Assembly: GCF_009914755.1 (NCBI RefSeq)
Contig: NC_060938.1
DNA from: the human T2T-CHM13v2.0 reference genome, Homo sapiens
Length of the DNA stretch: 64,000 nucleotides
Reading direction: 5' to 3' (one strand)
Shown here in pieces: positions 25,145-38,168 of this stretch (within the stretch, counting starts at the first letter, position 1; each line of letters starts with the position of its first letter). Under the pieces are notes generated by a model. That model searched no databases. It was not told the DNA's origin and saw nothing but the letters and a program-made list of their open reading frames with translations. A program made the translations under genes and the position numbers.

Positions 25145-25756
25145 AAGAAAGGAGAATGCACAGGCTGCATTTTGTTGTCTAAGGAGAGAAGTGAAATCAG
25201 TTCGGTGTGGCCACTCTTCACTGGATGCCAGCAGGGCTCCTCTCAAATTTTCTGACCTGACTGCTGCAATAACCATTGTGGTTCTGGTCATTATCTGTCC
25301 CCTGAGGGATGGCTGTCATTCCAGATCACGAGAATATACTGCAGAGCCAGTGCCCTCCTCCAAACATCTCATGGGAAAAAGCAGGATGGGCCTTGATTGT
25401 CCTTGCCAGGAAATGTGGGCAGAGTTGCCCACTCAGCAGCCCTGGAGGGGAGGGTATGCTGAGGCATGCCTGTGCCTTGCCAACGGCAACTTCTGTCATG
25501 TTTTGGCATAACCGGTAGAAGCTGGGTTTTGAAAGAACAGGAGTCAGAACACTTGGGTTCTCATTCCAGCTTTGCCATGAAGAAAATCTGTAAGCTGGGG
25601 TAAATCATCTCTTATTTCTGAACCTCAGTCCCCTCCTTTGTAAAAGGAGCAGGGTAGATGATGTGGCCTACATTCGTTTATTGTCTTGAGGGGCACAGTC
25701 AGGTCATCAGAGGGGGAGCTAGAAAGATCTAAAGCAGGTGATGAGAAAAGTGGGGT

Positions 25757-25777
25757 AGCAGCAGCAGCAGCAGCAGC
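25757..25777. repeat. (AGC)7 trinucleotide repeat (CUG in SLC8A3 pre-mRNA)
   Basis: AGCAGCAGCAGCAGCAGCAGC. Confidence 0.9.
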
Positions 25778-26510
25778 AAACCTCTCTTCCTGGCTGTCTT
25801 TTTGCTCTGGCTCTGGGGCCTTGGGGATATGACCCTGTGGGTTGCTATGACAACAAAGTCTCTCAATAAAAGACAAGGCCAGGAGGCCTCAGTGGTGCTG
25901 AGAGGTGATAGTGATGGTGGTTGGGAGACCTTTTCCGTCCCTGTTCCAACCAGCAGTCCCCTCAGGCTGCTAGGACTCCCGGCTGTGCTGTGGGTCACTA
26001 CTGAGGGAGCCTGTCAGTAAATGCCGAGGGAGGGATATGGAATCATCCAGAGTGTTTTGTTGGAGAGTCAATGCAACACATTTTATAAACTCCTAACTCC
26101 CACATCTCTAAATCAGAATTGTCCCACATTTTACAGAAGAGCGGGACCAAACCCATGAAAAGAAAGAATGACAGAAATCAGAATTTATTGAGTTTGGATT
26201 TTATACAAGACTCTGTACCTTTCTACTTTTCTGAGAAAGGTAGCAATAGTTCCCCTTTGGAAAGAGGACATTGAGGTCAGAGAGGGTACATTGTTCCAGT
26301 TCACACAGCAGAACAACGATTTGAAACCAGAGATAACCATGTTTTTCAGATACGCCATGATTCTTTTCCAAGCAGGCACCTAGGACCAGAGCTGGGAAGA
26401 CTGAACACACAAGCCTTCCTAGGGACTGGCAGGCTGTTAACGTGGCTTTACGCTTCCTTCTCAGAGGTTGCCTGCTTCTCCCAGCAAGGCCAGCCTGAGA
26501 CACTTCTCAC

Positions 26511-26610
26511 CTGCACTGACGGTGATGGCCTCCATGAACTGGTCCCTCCAGGAATGGGTCCCCACAACCAAGGCCAGGTTTGTCTTCTTGATCAGTTTGT
26601 CCACCGTAGT
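26511..26610 (-). CDS. SLC8A3: SLC8A3 exon (100 nt; TTVDKLIKKTNLALVVGTHSWRDQFMEAITVSA)
   Basis: Acceptor TTCTTAACAG|ACT, donor GCAG|GTGAGA, frame-consistent with both neighbouring exons. Confidence 0.95.
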
Positions 26611-26792
26611 CTGTTAAGAAGAGAAAAACTTGGAACCATGAGGTTAGAATGCTCAGAACCAATGAGGAGTCTGGTTCTTCAAAGGAATGAAAGATGCCCT
26701 GTCTCCAAGGTGTTCTGACAGTTACGCATGGAATGGCCTTGGGCGATCTCTTTTGAGGCAATCCTTCTATTTCCCTTTGTTTTTGGTTGTAA

Positions 26793-27106
<314 letters not shown>

Positions 27107-27492
27107 GGTTGTGACTTTTGAAATTGGCTATTTAGAATAATACAATAATGAATAATAATAATGATGTTAATATATCTTGCCCTGTAGTAGTGAGTTTTAA
27201 TATTTTTGCTTTAAAAACACAGTTAAACAATAATGATAATACATCTCAGGACTTTCTAGTCCACTTATTTCACATTCTATATTATGTTTCCTAACAATAT
27301 TCCTAGCATACAAATGGTCAGCACTATTTGTTTCATGTTACAAATGGGGAAACTGAGACCTGGGGTGGGTAAGTGATTTGTTCAGTTTCAACTTCACATA
27401 TTCACTAGTGAAAGTGGAAAAAAACACCCCAGGTCTTCTGCCTCCCACTTTAATTTATTTATTATTCAATTAGACCTCACTGTTTGCCTGAC

Positions 27493-27617
27493 CTTGAACT
27501 CATAGGACTCTTCAATGATGACTTCTAGTTTGGGGTGTTCACCCAATACTGGCTTTCCCATCTCTGCTATCCTCTTGGCCTCCTCTTCTTCCATAGTCAG
27601 CTTCCTGTCTGTCACAT
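27493..27617 (-). CDS. SLC8A3: SLC8A3 constitutive exon (125 nt; (D)VTDRKLTMEEEEAKRIAEMGKPVLGEHPKLEVIIEESYEFK), end of CBD2
   Basis: Acceptor TTTTGTTTTGTTGCAG|AT, donor AAG|GTCAGG. Contains the NCX-family motif RIAEMGKPxLGEH. Confidence 0.95.
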
Positions 27618-30600
27618 CTGCAACAAAACAAAATCAGACTCGCTTTAACACCTTTTCCATTCCCTGGAAGGATACAGCTCAGAGTATTAGGCATGGGCAG
27701 TGGGTACAAAGCAAATAACTCTTGGGAATGGGGAGTTTATATATATTTTTAGTGCCTTTTTTATGAAGTACTAAACACTTTATAACCAGACCATGAGAAT
27801 GTGCCTTGCAGACTGGGATAAGCGTTCCTCTTTCTCTTTTATACCTGGGTGGACAACCTGACCTAAACATCTCCTGAGAAATAGCATCAAGTGAAGTTCT
27901 CAAGACACTCAGTGAGATGTTGGGGAACTGGGAAGAAAGGGCAAGTGTTTTGACCTTGAACTATTTTGAACTTTTGGGCCTGTTTGTTCAACCACTTCCT
28001 GTAAGAGTTCTTGAAGGTGCAGAAGTACATTTATTCAAAGGAAATGTCTACTGGTTTCACAGCATCTTGACTCATTTACCAATGGTCCCTTCTCATGTTG
28101 AACAGTTTTTTGTTTTTTGTTTTTCCACTTTGGCTGATGAGTCCATTTTAAGAGCACTTCTCCATGAAGACATGTTTTCTGGATTAGAGTGAAATAGAGA
28201 TTGAATCTTTTTATTCCCCTTTAATTAGAAAATTGCTCTTGGCAGCTTGTTTCTTTCAGAGCTCATTTAAACATCTTCCCATCCAAGTCCACATTCTCAC
28301 ATGCAATTATTTCTTTTATTCAGCTCCTTAATTGCTTTCATTCCACACAGTAAACCTCCTAGGGGAATCCTGTAGTCCTTGGATAATCTCAAGGACAAAA
28401 TGGGTCAGAGGCCAAGAAGGTCTTTTGTCTCTAGCTGGGGAATTGGTGAAGCAAGGGCAGTCGTGAGACTCCAACTCTCGAGTTTGCAAGGAAAGAAATT
28501 CACTGAAAAGACTATAAGCCAAGGGTTTAAATTACCAAGCAGACAGCCTTATATTTTATGTAAGAATTTTCTTAGTTGGACTGCATGAAGATGGTATGAG
28601 AGTGTGTGGAGACTTCCTGAGTTCGCTGTTTTGCTCAGTGTTCGGGCACCAAACACAGAAGGCAATCCTAAAATGTCTGGGAGCTGTCCGTGGTGCTGTC
28701 CTTCCTCTAGTGCTGGTGGCCACTTTTGGAAACAATGTTTTCTCAAGGATCCATGTCTTTCTGCATATGTCCAAGTCAGCAGACATCCTCTAGCAGCCTG
28801 ACTTCATTTAGTCTATTGAATTTGAGTCTCTGATTAGTTAATTCTGAAGGTAAATCTGGGTGAATCTAGGGTTCTGGCTATAGGCCAGCAACCCTAGAAG
28901 CCAGACTGCAAGCTACTCTGGGAAAAAGCCCTTAGAAAAAGACACACAGATTCCATACTCTTTTCCTTTACTTGCAGGTTTAAGCACCATATCACAATGC
29001 CTATCTTAGCAGCGACAATATTATTCCACTCCTTCCTCCCCAATTCCCCCATGTCATACTTTACATGTGACACAATAACTTTATACCAATATAATGAGCT
29101 CTCCAGTGACATATAAATGTACCTGTCTAACCCCTTGTCTACCTATCAATCTAGCACTATATCCATCTGGCAGGATATTGATCTACTTACTGACCTGTCC
29201 ACCTCTGTGGTGACAGTCAGTTTTTCCATCTAGCTTTCTGCAAAAATCCCTTTGACAAATAACCAATCCTCTATCTTTGGATCTCCCACAGTCCCACAGA
29301 GGCTCTCTGTATATATTTGTTAATTGATTGAGTCACATGCCTTTAAGTTAATTCTAGTTTCTAGTTTCTCGGTTTGGCAATAATTCCTGCCTTTTTCTAT
29401 TTTTGTCATGATCTTTCCTTTAAATTCAAATGTTGTTAATTTCTTGAGAGAATTATAAGTCTTCAATTTAGAGGACCATAGTGATTCTGATATCTTGTTT
29501 ATGTGACTCCTCAGAATTTCAAGTAAAGAGAATAAATGGCAGGTGATCTAGATATTCAGACTGACTAAATAAACTCTCAGTTCTAGGAACAGGAAGAGAG
29601 GCTGGGAGGGGAGAGAAAGATAGAATATGAATAGGATGGAAGATTGAACAAATATTGGAAGGACAAAGAGCTTGCCAGGCCAGACAAGAATAGGATGTTG
29701 TGAACACTCTGCAGAGTGATGTAGCTAGTGCTCTTCCTGCAAGGCGCCTGAGCTTGGGGGTGGGGGGGTGGTTAGCTCAGAATGAACATATTCCCTCTGT
29801 CTCTGTCCACCTAGGAAAATTAAAACCAGTATTTGAGATTTCCAACGAATTGAAAGGCTAATCAGCGCTCCTAAATTAAAGGCTTACAGATTGAAAGAGC
29901 TAGGAAAAGAAACATTTCCTTTTTCCCATTTTAGCTTCTATTGATGTTTGCAAATATGTTAAAAGTAGAAAGAAACTTAAATTAAATCACAATCTTTGTT
30001 ATGCATTTATGTGAGGGGGGGCGGGTGGAGGAAAGAGTTGGAACAAAGAAGCCTTACATACCTTCACAGGCAAGAGGATGAGTGAAGTAGAGAAGAAAAA
30101 CCCAATGTTATGAAATCAATACCCTGGGAGAAGAATGAAGAACAGAGGGTTGAGGATAGCCCTTATTTTGTTGGTATAAAAAAGAAGCAAAAAGCCAAGG
30201 AAGCTGGAGTAACTGTGTTTTTTCCACAAAAGAAAAATGTAGGAGTTACCTACATTTTTTTTGTTTGTTTAAGGCTCCCAGAAGGCGTATGTCCTTACTA
30301 TGTACACCGCCCCTTCCTGAACCCAAGATGTAGCCTGTAGGTGACTTTGAATATCAATGAACTCTGTAAGATGTTTTGCCTCTTAAGTGGCCTTAACATT
30401 TTTTTCTGTGTTCAAAGGACTGATGAAATGTAAGACGTTCTTTTAAAATATATTGAAACTGTCTTGTGTAGGCCACTCTGCTTGCACAAAGAGTTATAGT
30501 ATTGCTAGATATGCTGAAAATGCTTTCATATCTGCTCATGAAGTTGAATGTTGTTTATGATTGGTTTCCACTCATGCAAGCATACTCTCAAAGTAGGTGT

Positions 30601-31297
30601 ACGTCCTCTATAGCACCTAGATTCTGCATGAGAATCTCTTCAAAATAAATTCTCTAAAATTTATATTTCCAGCCAGAACACTGCCCCAATCCCCCATCCT
30701 AATTCATCTTGTTCACGGCACATAGGACTTTAAGGGTCAATGACAAATGAACCAAAATTCTAGCAATTTAAGTCTCAGCTGTGATGAGATGGAAGATCTC
30801 CAGGGCTGGTAAAATTCCAGATTCTTTAAAAATTGCATTTCCTATTCTCACAACAGGTTTGGTTATTTCCTGGATCCCTTGGGATTAAAGTATTTTTTTT
30901 TCAAATCCTGTCACAATTATATTAGGAGATTCCAGCTCTGAATCTCACTGTCTCTTCCCCCACAACATGAGATGGCAGATGAATTAAGACTCAGGAGAAG
31001 TCTATGACCCACCATCTCCTTGTTAAGCTTAATTTCTCTTCCTGGTCCCAGAGAGGATCAGCTATGCCTTAACCCACGTCCCCAGACAGAAGTGATGCTC
31101 AAGGAATTGCCTTCCTCACAATTGCTTTCTCATAATTGCTTCATGTGGGAAAATAAATCTCCCAGTCCTTGGGAGAAATTGTCAGGTTAACTTGAGCCTG
31201 CAGTTCTTATTCAATAAATCAAAGGACATTGGTCTTAAACCAAATAATGGCACTGGCAAGAAGTGGAAAGAAAAGAGGGGGACAAGACACCTCTTAC

Positions 31298-31315
31298 CTG
31301 GAGATAACAGGAGCG
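31298..31315 (-). CDS. SLC8A3: SLC8A3/NCX3 cassette microexon C (18 nt; ALLLSP)
   Basis: AAACAG|CGCTCCTGTTATCTCCAG|GTAAGA, preceded by a long pyrimidine tract. Frame-preserving (phase 1/1). Confidence 0.92.
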
Positions 31316-32767
31316 CTGTTTGCAAATGGATACCAGAAAAATGGAAGAAAGAAAAGGAAAGAGCATTAATGTCCCATCTTGAAAGTATCACCAGGTTTTG
31401 TGGTTGCTGGCAGCATAAGGAAAGCAGAGAGCTTAGTAGGTGAGAGCTCAGCAGCCATACGCAAAAAGCAGCCTTTGGAGCATGCACAGAGCAGCAGCAA
31501 GAGGTGTGAGCAGCCGGAGAGGCTGCTGAGCACCAGGGCCCTGGTAAGGGCATTTGCTCCTATGCTTTCCCGGCTACCCTAGGGCTAGGAATGGAGGAAT
31601 GAGGATGGGGAACCAAATGGGTAGGTTGGTCACTCATGACTGTGTAGGATACCAGGTTATCACATCCATTCTGTAAAAAAAGGAGTGAGAATCCAGTTAT
31701 CATGAAAACTGTGTAAGTTGCAACCCTGCCAGAGTAGCTAACTTATGAGTGGCAAAAATGACCATGGGGCTTGAATGGGAGCTCAAGGAAATGGGTAGCA
31801 TTGTGCAAGAGTGGAACAGTGCCCAGGTCTATGTCTTCCATCCCTAACGACTTAGCTGAACTCATGCTCAGCTTCTCAGTGCTCATAAGGTTTCCATCAC
31901 CACAAATGCCTTCCTAGCTGCCACGTTGACTAGAACTTTGATTTCCCCTAAAAGAATGACTTAGCAAAAAGGTAAGTCCTGCAGAATGTTTTCCTTGAAT
32001 GGTTTGTCTTTACCGTAGATATATCCTGGAAGTTAGGGCTATGGGCTCCTCCCATTTTGTATCACCTCTGCTTAGCAAAGTCCCTGCATGTGGTAGTGTT
32101 CAATTAAGTTTGGCTGTTTGCTGTCTATTTTGGCAACTGTCTTTTCCATAGATCTCATAGATCTCTGGTTGGGTGATTTTTCTGTTTCAGAAAGGACAGG
32201 CTAAGTCAGAGTTCAGGTATTCTGGAACAGAGAAACTGTCATACCAACAGCTATACATAGATGAGAGATGACAAATGCAAGGTCCCTATGTGGATTGGGA
32301 AACTGAGTTAAAGACACACCCAATACAGGTTGTCTCTAGCCCTTGAATTTGTACTTATGCTGAACCCTCTTAGAGTTTAAGATCTAAGAATTAAGGAAAC
32401 TTGTGACACACCACATTTTCATTTCTATGATATCTTAGTACAGCCCCTCACTCCTTGCCTCTCAGATAAAGGTCTGGGAAGAGCTTGCCACATATTCAAC
32501 GTGTAGTTGGTGACTGATAGAGATTGCTGAGGAAGGAGTGTGTGTTGTGGGGGAACCAGGGGGGACATGTCTGTGAATCAATTTTTTTCCTAAGAATCTG
32601 TAGGAATGCAACTCAGGCCTGTGATCAATCATCCTATATTCACAGCCACTGAGATATATGTGGATCCAGAGTCTGCATGATACATAAACAAGGCAGTTCA
32701 CTTTTTTAGGTATCTCCCATGTAGAATTCCAAAGGTTAATGGATCAATGGCTTTCCTCACTACATTG

Positions 32768-32796
32768 AGATAGATAGATATAGATAGGCAGATAGG

Positions 32797-32835
<39 letters not shown>
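32768..32835. repeat. (TAGA)n tetranucleotide STR, pure (TAGA)9 at 32797-32832
   Basis: Direct reading. Confidence 0.9.
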
Positions 32836-35800
32836 GCAAGAGCTTGTTTATTCTGCTCCTTCCGGGAGTTTGCGTGGAAGAGCTTCCCCCAAGTTCCAGG
32901 GGAGATCAGAGATCCCAGCACATAAATGAACACAGGTGGGTCAGACAAAGGCAGCTCTTCCAGAAAGGTCCCTGATGCCCTGGTTTTCACTCATACATGC
33001 CACCGAACATCTGGCCCATCCCTAGAGTAGTGAGAAGGCCTGCAGTTGGCTGGAATTCCATCATTCTCTGGTCATTGTCTCCATGAATCCAAGACTTTCT
33101 GCTCAGCAGTTATAGATGGGTCAGCAAGACCTGGGTAGGCCAGCTTTGACTGACACAATACCTCGAGGGTGTTTTTCCTGCTGCTGCTCATGAGAGAAGC
33201 TGGAGCTGAACTTTCCCCTGTATTGATCCCCTGGGTCAGGTGAGAGTCATTTATTCCTGCTCAGACACCCCAGGGACAAGCTGGAAAGAGCACAGGACTG
33301 TGAGTAATTAGGAAGCATCTGGGCAGCTTGTCAAGATGAGCCCACGGTTGTCGAAAAAGGAGGACCAAACAGGCCCCATTCTTCAGAGAGAGAGAGAGAG
33401 ACAGAGAGCTTTCCTTTCTATCCGAAGGCTTCCAATGTCCAGGCCCAGGCCCAACAGTCTTGATTATGTTGCTCAGTGTTGCTCTCGGAAGTCCACTTCT
33501 AGACTCCAGAGCAACTGTGTTTCCTATTCAGTCTCCCTTTTTTCCTTCCCTTTTTTCCATCCCCCAGCTCATCCAGAGCTTTTAATCTCAACTCTGAAGT
33601 CTGTTTTGTTTGCCAAAAACAGAGTCTCCTATTTCAAATCCAGTCTCTCATTTTTTTAATGCAATTGTCATTTTGACCATGCAAAGACTATGCCATTCTG
33701 AATGTTTCAGACTCTCCCATGCAGTAGTGATAATGAAAAGCAATTTCCACTGTTCTGTTTCTCACTCTGAGAACAGCAGGGAATTCTGGAAATTTGGATG
33801 GGTTTCCATTTGCTTCTGAGTCTAGACAATCAGGTTTTATGACCTTTCACCTTATGGTCTAATGTCAAAATACGGGAAGTACTGAAGAAACTGGAAATTA
33901 ACCGCCTAGAAAACATAGACAATAAAATAGGCAGCTGGAAAATTGACCAATTTCTTCTTGGCACTCTTCATCTTGGCATCTCGGTCACTGGGGAGATCTG
34001 GGGGCACACCACACAGATAGCTTGCTGAAATCCTTGTCTTCTCACCTACTCCCTCCACGAGGGCATTGCTGACATTTCCTTGGGCAAAGAATCTGTGCAA
34101 AACAGGAAGATGTCCTTAAATGGGGATTAGCCAAAGACATTTGCATTTGGTTAGGTCTCTTGAAGACTTATCTTGGGTCACTCTCTGTCCTGCTGTTGGT
34201 AGAGGTTTTAAGGGAGGCATAAGAGAAGAGCCTTTTTACTGGTGGAATAAAGGCATGTATGGACTTCCAATCTCTTCCTCTTGTCTGGAACCACTGCCTT
34301 CCTTCCTGTACGCTGTACATGTGCTGCTTTCGTTTGCATCTAAGTAGCTTGGACTGTGGAAACTGATGAAGGTGACTTACAATTGGCCTTGGGTATCTGC
34401 TGCTTCCAACCAATTATGAATACATGGAATAAATGCTCAAGGGAGGTGGGAATGAGGTAGGGCAGGTGCTGAGGCAACCTCTGAGAATATTGTTGGTGGC
34501 AAGAACTGGAAGTTGGGCAAGAATACAATGTGGGAAACAATAGAACCAGAGATAATTTCTTTCTTCCAGCACTTTTTGGCAGTCAGGCTGAGGGCAACGT
34601 TTTATTGAGTGGTGACGAAGAGAACCAGCAGTGAAGAAGGAGAGGAGTTCTGCCCCTAGAGCATCAGGTGTGTCCAAACCAGCGCAGGCACAGAAGTGGT
34701 CAGCTCTGCAGGAGAGTCCCCAGCAGACAATGAGAAATGACCAATCACACTGAGAAGGCCTGTAGAGAATCCTTTGGGAATGTTGTTGCTGAATCTCTTA
34801 GCTCTGTCCTCGTGTGGAAAGTTTTATGCTGCTCTTTGTCACATGAATATGAACTAATTGCAGTATGATCACCCCTTTTTGACAAACAGGTGGATTTCAC
34901 TGCTTCATTTGCTAGGAGGCTCCCAGCAGCATATCTCTCCTGAATGGGAGTGTGAACGTCCTCTTGTTATTTCCCAGGAGCACCCTAACCCATTCCCACA
35001 TCTATGCCTCCAAATGATTGGAAGCCATTCAAAGTAGTGGCTTCCAATCATTTTCTTCAAGGGAAGAAATCCTTCCTTACTTCTACCCTGGTTGCAACAT
35101 AATCAGTCCTTTAGGGATGAGCCCCTGGCAGGTATTCTCAGATGCAGGTCCTGAGGAAAGCAGGAGATGAGGCCACTTCTCTAGTGTGGGATGAGGGCTA
35201 TCTTGGGATCTGGGCGGTACTTTCTCTTGCAGATGCCAAGCAAAGGCAGACATCTGTGACCTTTCCAACACCTGTCTGTCAGGGATCAGCACCAACTGCA
35301 TCATTTAGAGTCTCTTCTGTTGGAAAATCCACAAGTCAACACTCCAGGCCTGCCCAATGTCAGTCCTTTTCTGGGGCCCCTGGCTACGGGAATTTTCATA
35401 CCTGGAACTATTTCCTTCCCTTCAGGAACTCTCAATTTTCTGCTTTAGAGGTTGCATTGTCCCAAAGTAGCCTGAATGAGGCACCCAACCTTGGGCTAGG
35501 AACATAGAATGGCATGGGGTGGGATGCCCAGAGGAGGAAGAATAGCTCAGAATTCCAGATTGCATGATTACCCCAGAAGTCAACTCTCTCTCTGAGAGCT
35601 CTCAGAAGCCGTGGCTTCTGACAATTGGTACACTTTCCCATGCCACGGTCTGCCCAACTGTGAAACAGCCAGAAAATACACTTACCTCCTCGAAGGGCAG
35701 AGGGGCCTATGGGCCACTCCACAAGTGAATAACCTGCCAAGCGTTCAAAGGAAGTTGGGGAATGCAGCAGAAAACTGTCAAAGCATCATTGCAACCCAGG

Positions 35801-36333
35801 CCCCAACCCCCATCCCAGATCCCCCCACATTCAATCCAGGCTAAAGAGTGAGGGGTGGCAGGGGAGGAAGGCAGGAAGGGGCACAGGCATGCATCGCATC
35901 ACATTCCTTTTTTTTCTTCTCCTCCCCACCCACCAAGGAATTTTCACATTTACAGGTTACAGTGTAGGGGTGGGGTGGGGGAGAGTGCAGGGGCCCATGG
36001 CAATTGAATAATTGAAAATTGTAGCAAAACAGGGAAATAACTCATTAGGGTAATGAGGAGTTGAGGCTGCAGTGCTGCCCAGAAGGCGGTAAAGGAGGAA
36101 TTTGGAATAAGCTAAGGCTAAGAAGGCAGAGATGATACCGAAACAGGGTGAGAGCGAGAATACAGGAGGGAAAAGAATAAAAAAATCCATTGGTCAAAAA
36201 GAGAAAGGAGGAGAAGGGAAGAAAAGGAGGGAGACAAAAATATAGCTGCTTTTTCTTTTTTGTTGTTGTTTTTCAGTTTGTTTTAATTTTTCTTTCTTTT
36301 TTTTTGTTGTTTTGTTTTTAAAGAATCTCACAC

Positions 36334-36437
36334 CTGATATTCCACGTTCCATCCATTTCGGTTCACCAAGGGCAATGAAGAAATTCTCTTGCCTTTCGTA
36401 TTCCTCCTCATCTACTATTTTAACCCTTATGGTTTTC
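36334..36437 (-). CDS. SLC8A3: SLC8A3/NCX3 mutually exclusive exon B (104 nt; KTIRVKIVDEEEYERQENFFIALGEPKWMERGIS), CBD2
   Basis: Acceptor CTCTCTCTTGTTGTCCCTACAG|G, donor TCAG|GTGTGA, same phases as exon A. Translated by hand; not in the ORF track. Confidence 0.95.
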
Positions 36438-37019
36438 CTGTAGGGACAACAAGAGAGAGAGTGTGTCGACTGGGTCGGTAGATTGGTTGGTCACCTGGAG
36501 CACAGCCTTTAAAATCATTCCCCGTCATTCCTGGCACATGCAGTCCAGTCCCACCATGGTGGCTTTCAACAGGACCATGGTGGATTGTGTTGTTCTCAGG
36601 TAATAAATGGTCTTAGTTTTTCTTGTCTTCTTGGTCATAGTTGTTCTTACGGGTGAGGGGGCAGGGAGCCAGGAGGCAAGGAAAGGTGGGCAAAGGAAGG
36701 GAGCCAGAAGGACAGAAGGGGAGGAGAAGGCAGAAGGCGGGTAATGGTGAGGAGGAGTCATTTTAGACCTTGCCAACAGTTAGTAGGAAGTGAGTCAGGC
36801 AGCACATTCCACTGGGTGTCACATGATAACAGTGGCATTTCTCTGGGCAACAGGTAAACTACTAACCCACTGGGAATAACCCAGGGTCTTCCCACAACAG
36901 GGAATATGTCAACAGAACCCAGGGCTTGTGTCCCTTCTTTATGTCTATACTCACTTCCATTGTGAGTTTCAGAAAGAAAATTTTAAAAGAAAAGTATTTA
37001 TGAGGAAGGAAAACCAGAC

Positions 37020-37090
37020 AGAGGAAGAGAAGAGAGAGAGAGAGAGAGAGTGAGAGAGAAAGAGAAAGAGAGAGAGAGAGAGAAGAAAGG
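37020..37090. repeat. (GA)n microsatellite between exons A and B ((UC)n in pre-mRNA)
   Basis: AGAGAGAGAG runs. Confidence 0.9.
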
Positions 37091-37826
37091 GAGGTAGAAT
37101 TGTGTGATCTTTCTCATTCTTTATCTCATAGGGCTTCAGTGGTGGGAACTAAAATAAATATGTATTAACCACAATATTACATAGGAATCCTTTACTATTT
37201 ACAGCTGATGCATTTCTGGGAAAGTGTGAAGAAAATGATGTAAATCATCAAATTCTAAATCACCTTTGGGCTTCTATCACTTAGGGGTGATGTGTTCCAA
37301 AACTGGTTTCCTCAATGTGAATTATCATGGGTCTGGGGCACAAGGTGATGGAAGTTTCTGTTCATCTCTGGGTATCTCAACAAAACATAACATCTTTTAA
37401 AAACAAGTCACCCAGGGAAGAAAACTTTCCTTGAAATTCACTGCCCTCCAAAGACTGGCTCTTTGTCATGTGGAGAGGTTGCCGTGTGGGCCTGATTCTT
37501 CCTATATGGTTTCTTCTGGTCCTTCATGGAATCACAATGGTGGCTAGCAGGTCCTACTAGTGAGCCAGAATTGTAATTTTCTGCTTTCTTTTTCTTTTTC
37601 TTTTTGGCGGGGGGCGGGGGGGAGATTGGGGGAGGGGAGGCCTAAGAACTAAATGCTCTAAAGGGTAAAGAGCATTTACCTAAATGTCTCTTCAGATCCT
37701 CTGATGTTCCTGCTACCTTCTGTGGGCGTGCTCGGCTTTGCCATTTATAATGTAGTAGACTGACCCAAAGGGGCTTGTAGGGCACAGGACTTGCTGTGCA
37801 TTTGTGGTGTGTGTACTTTACAAGTA

Positions 37827-38168
37827 CAGTCACATGCTACATAAAAACGTTTTGCTCAATGACAGACCACATCTACAATAGTGGTCCCATAAGGCTATAT
37901 ACTACGATATTTTTACTGTGCCTTTTCTATGTCTAGATGTGTTTAGATACACAAATACCATTGTGCTACAGTTGCCTGCAATATTCAGTACAAGCACATG
38001 CTGTACAGGTTTGTAGCCTAGGAGCAATAGGCCCACATAGTCCAGGTGTGTTGTAGGCTACACCATCTAGGTTTGTGAAAGTACACTCTATAATTTTCCC
38101 ACGATGACAAAATTGCTTAAGGACACCTTCCTCAGAATGTATCCTTATTGCTAAGTGATGCACGACTG
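37827..38168 (+). mobile_element. Tigger3a/MER7-type TcMar MITE, near full length, with TA target-site duplications
   Basis: TA|CAGTCACATGC...TGCACGACTG|TA inverted termini; internal GGTCCCATAAG and GTTTGTAGCCTAGGAGCAATAGG. Confidence 0.85.

Noticed and set aside
24731-25291. 186-aa - strand ORF
   Set aside because: Runs through the antisense L1PA 3' end; typical repeat-derived peptide.
25757-25777. CAG/CTG repeat as a possible expansion locus
   Set aside because: Only 7 units and deep intronic; no evidence of instability from sequence alone.
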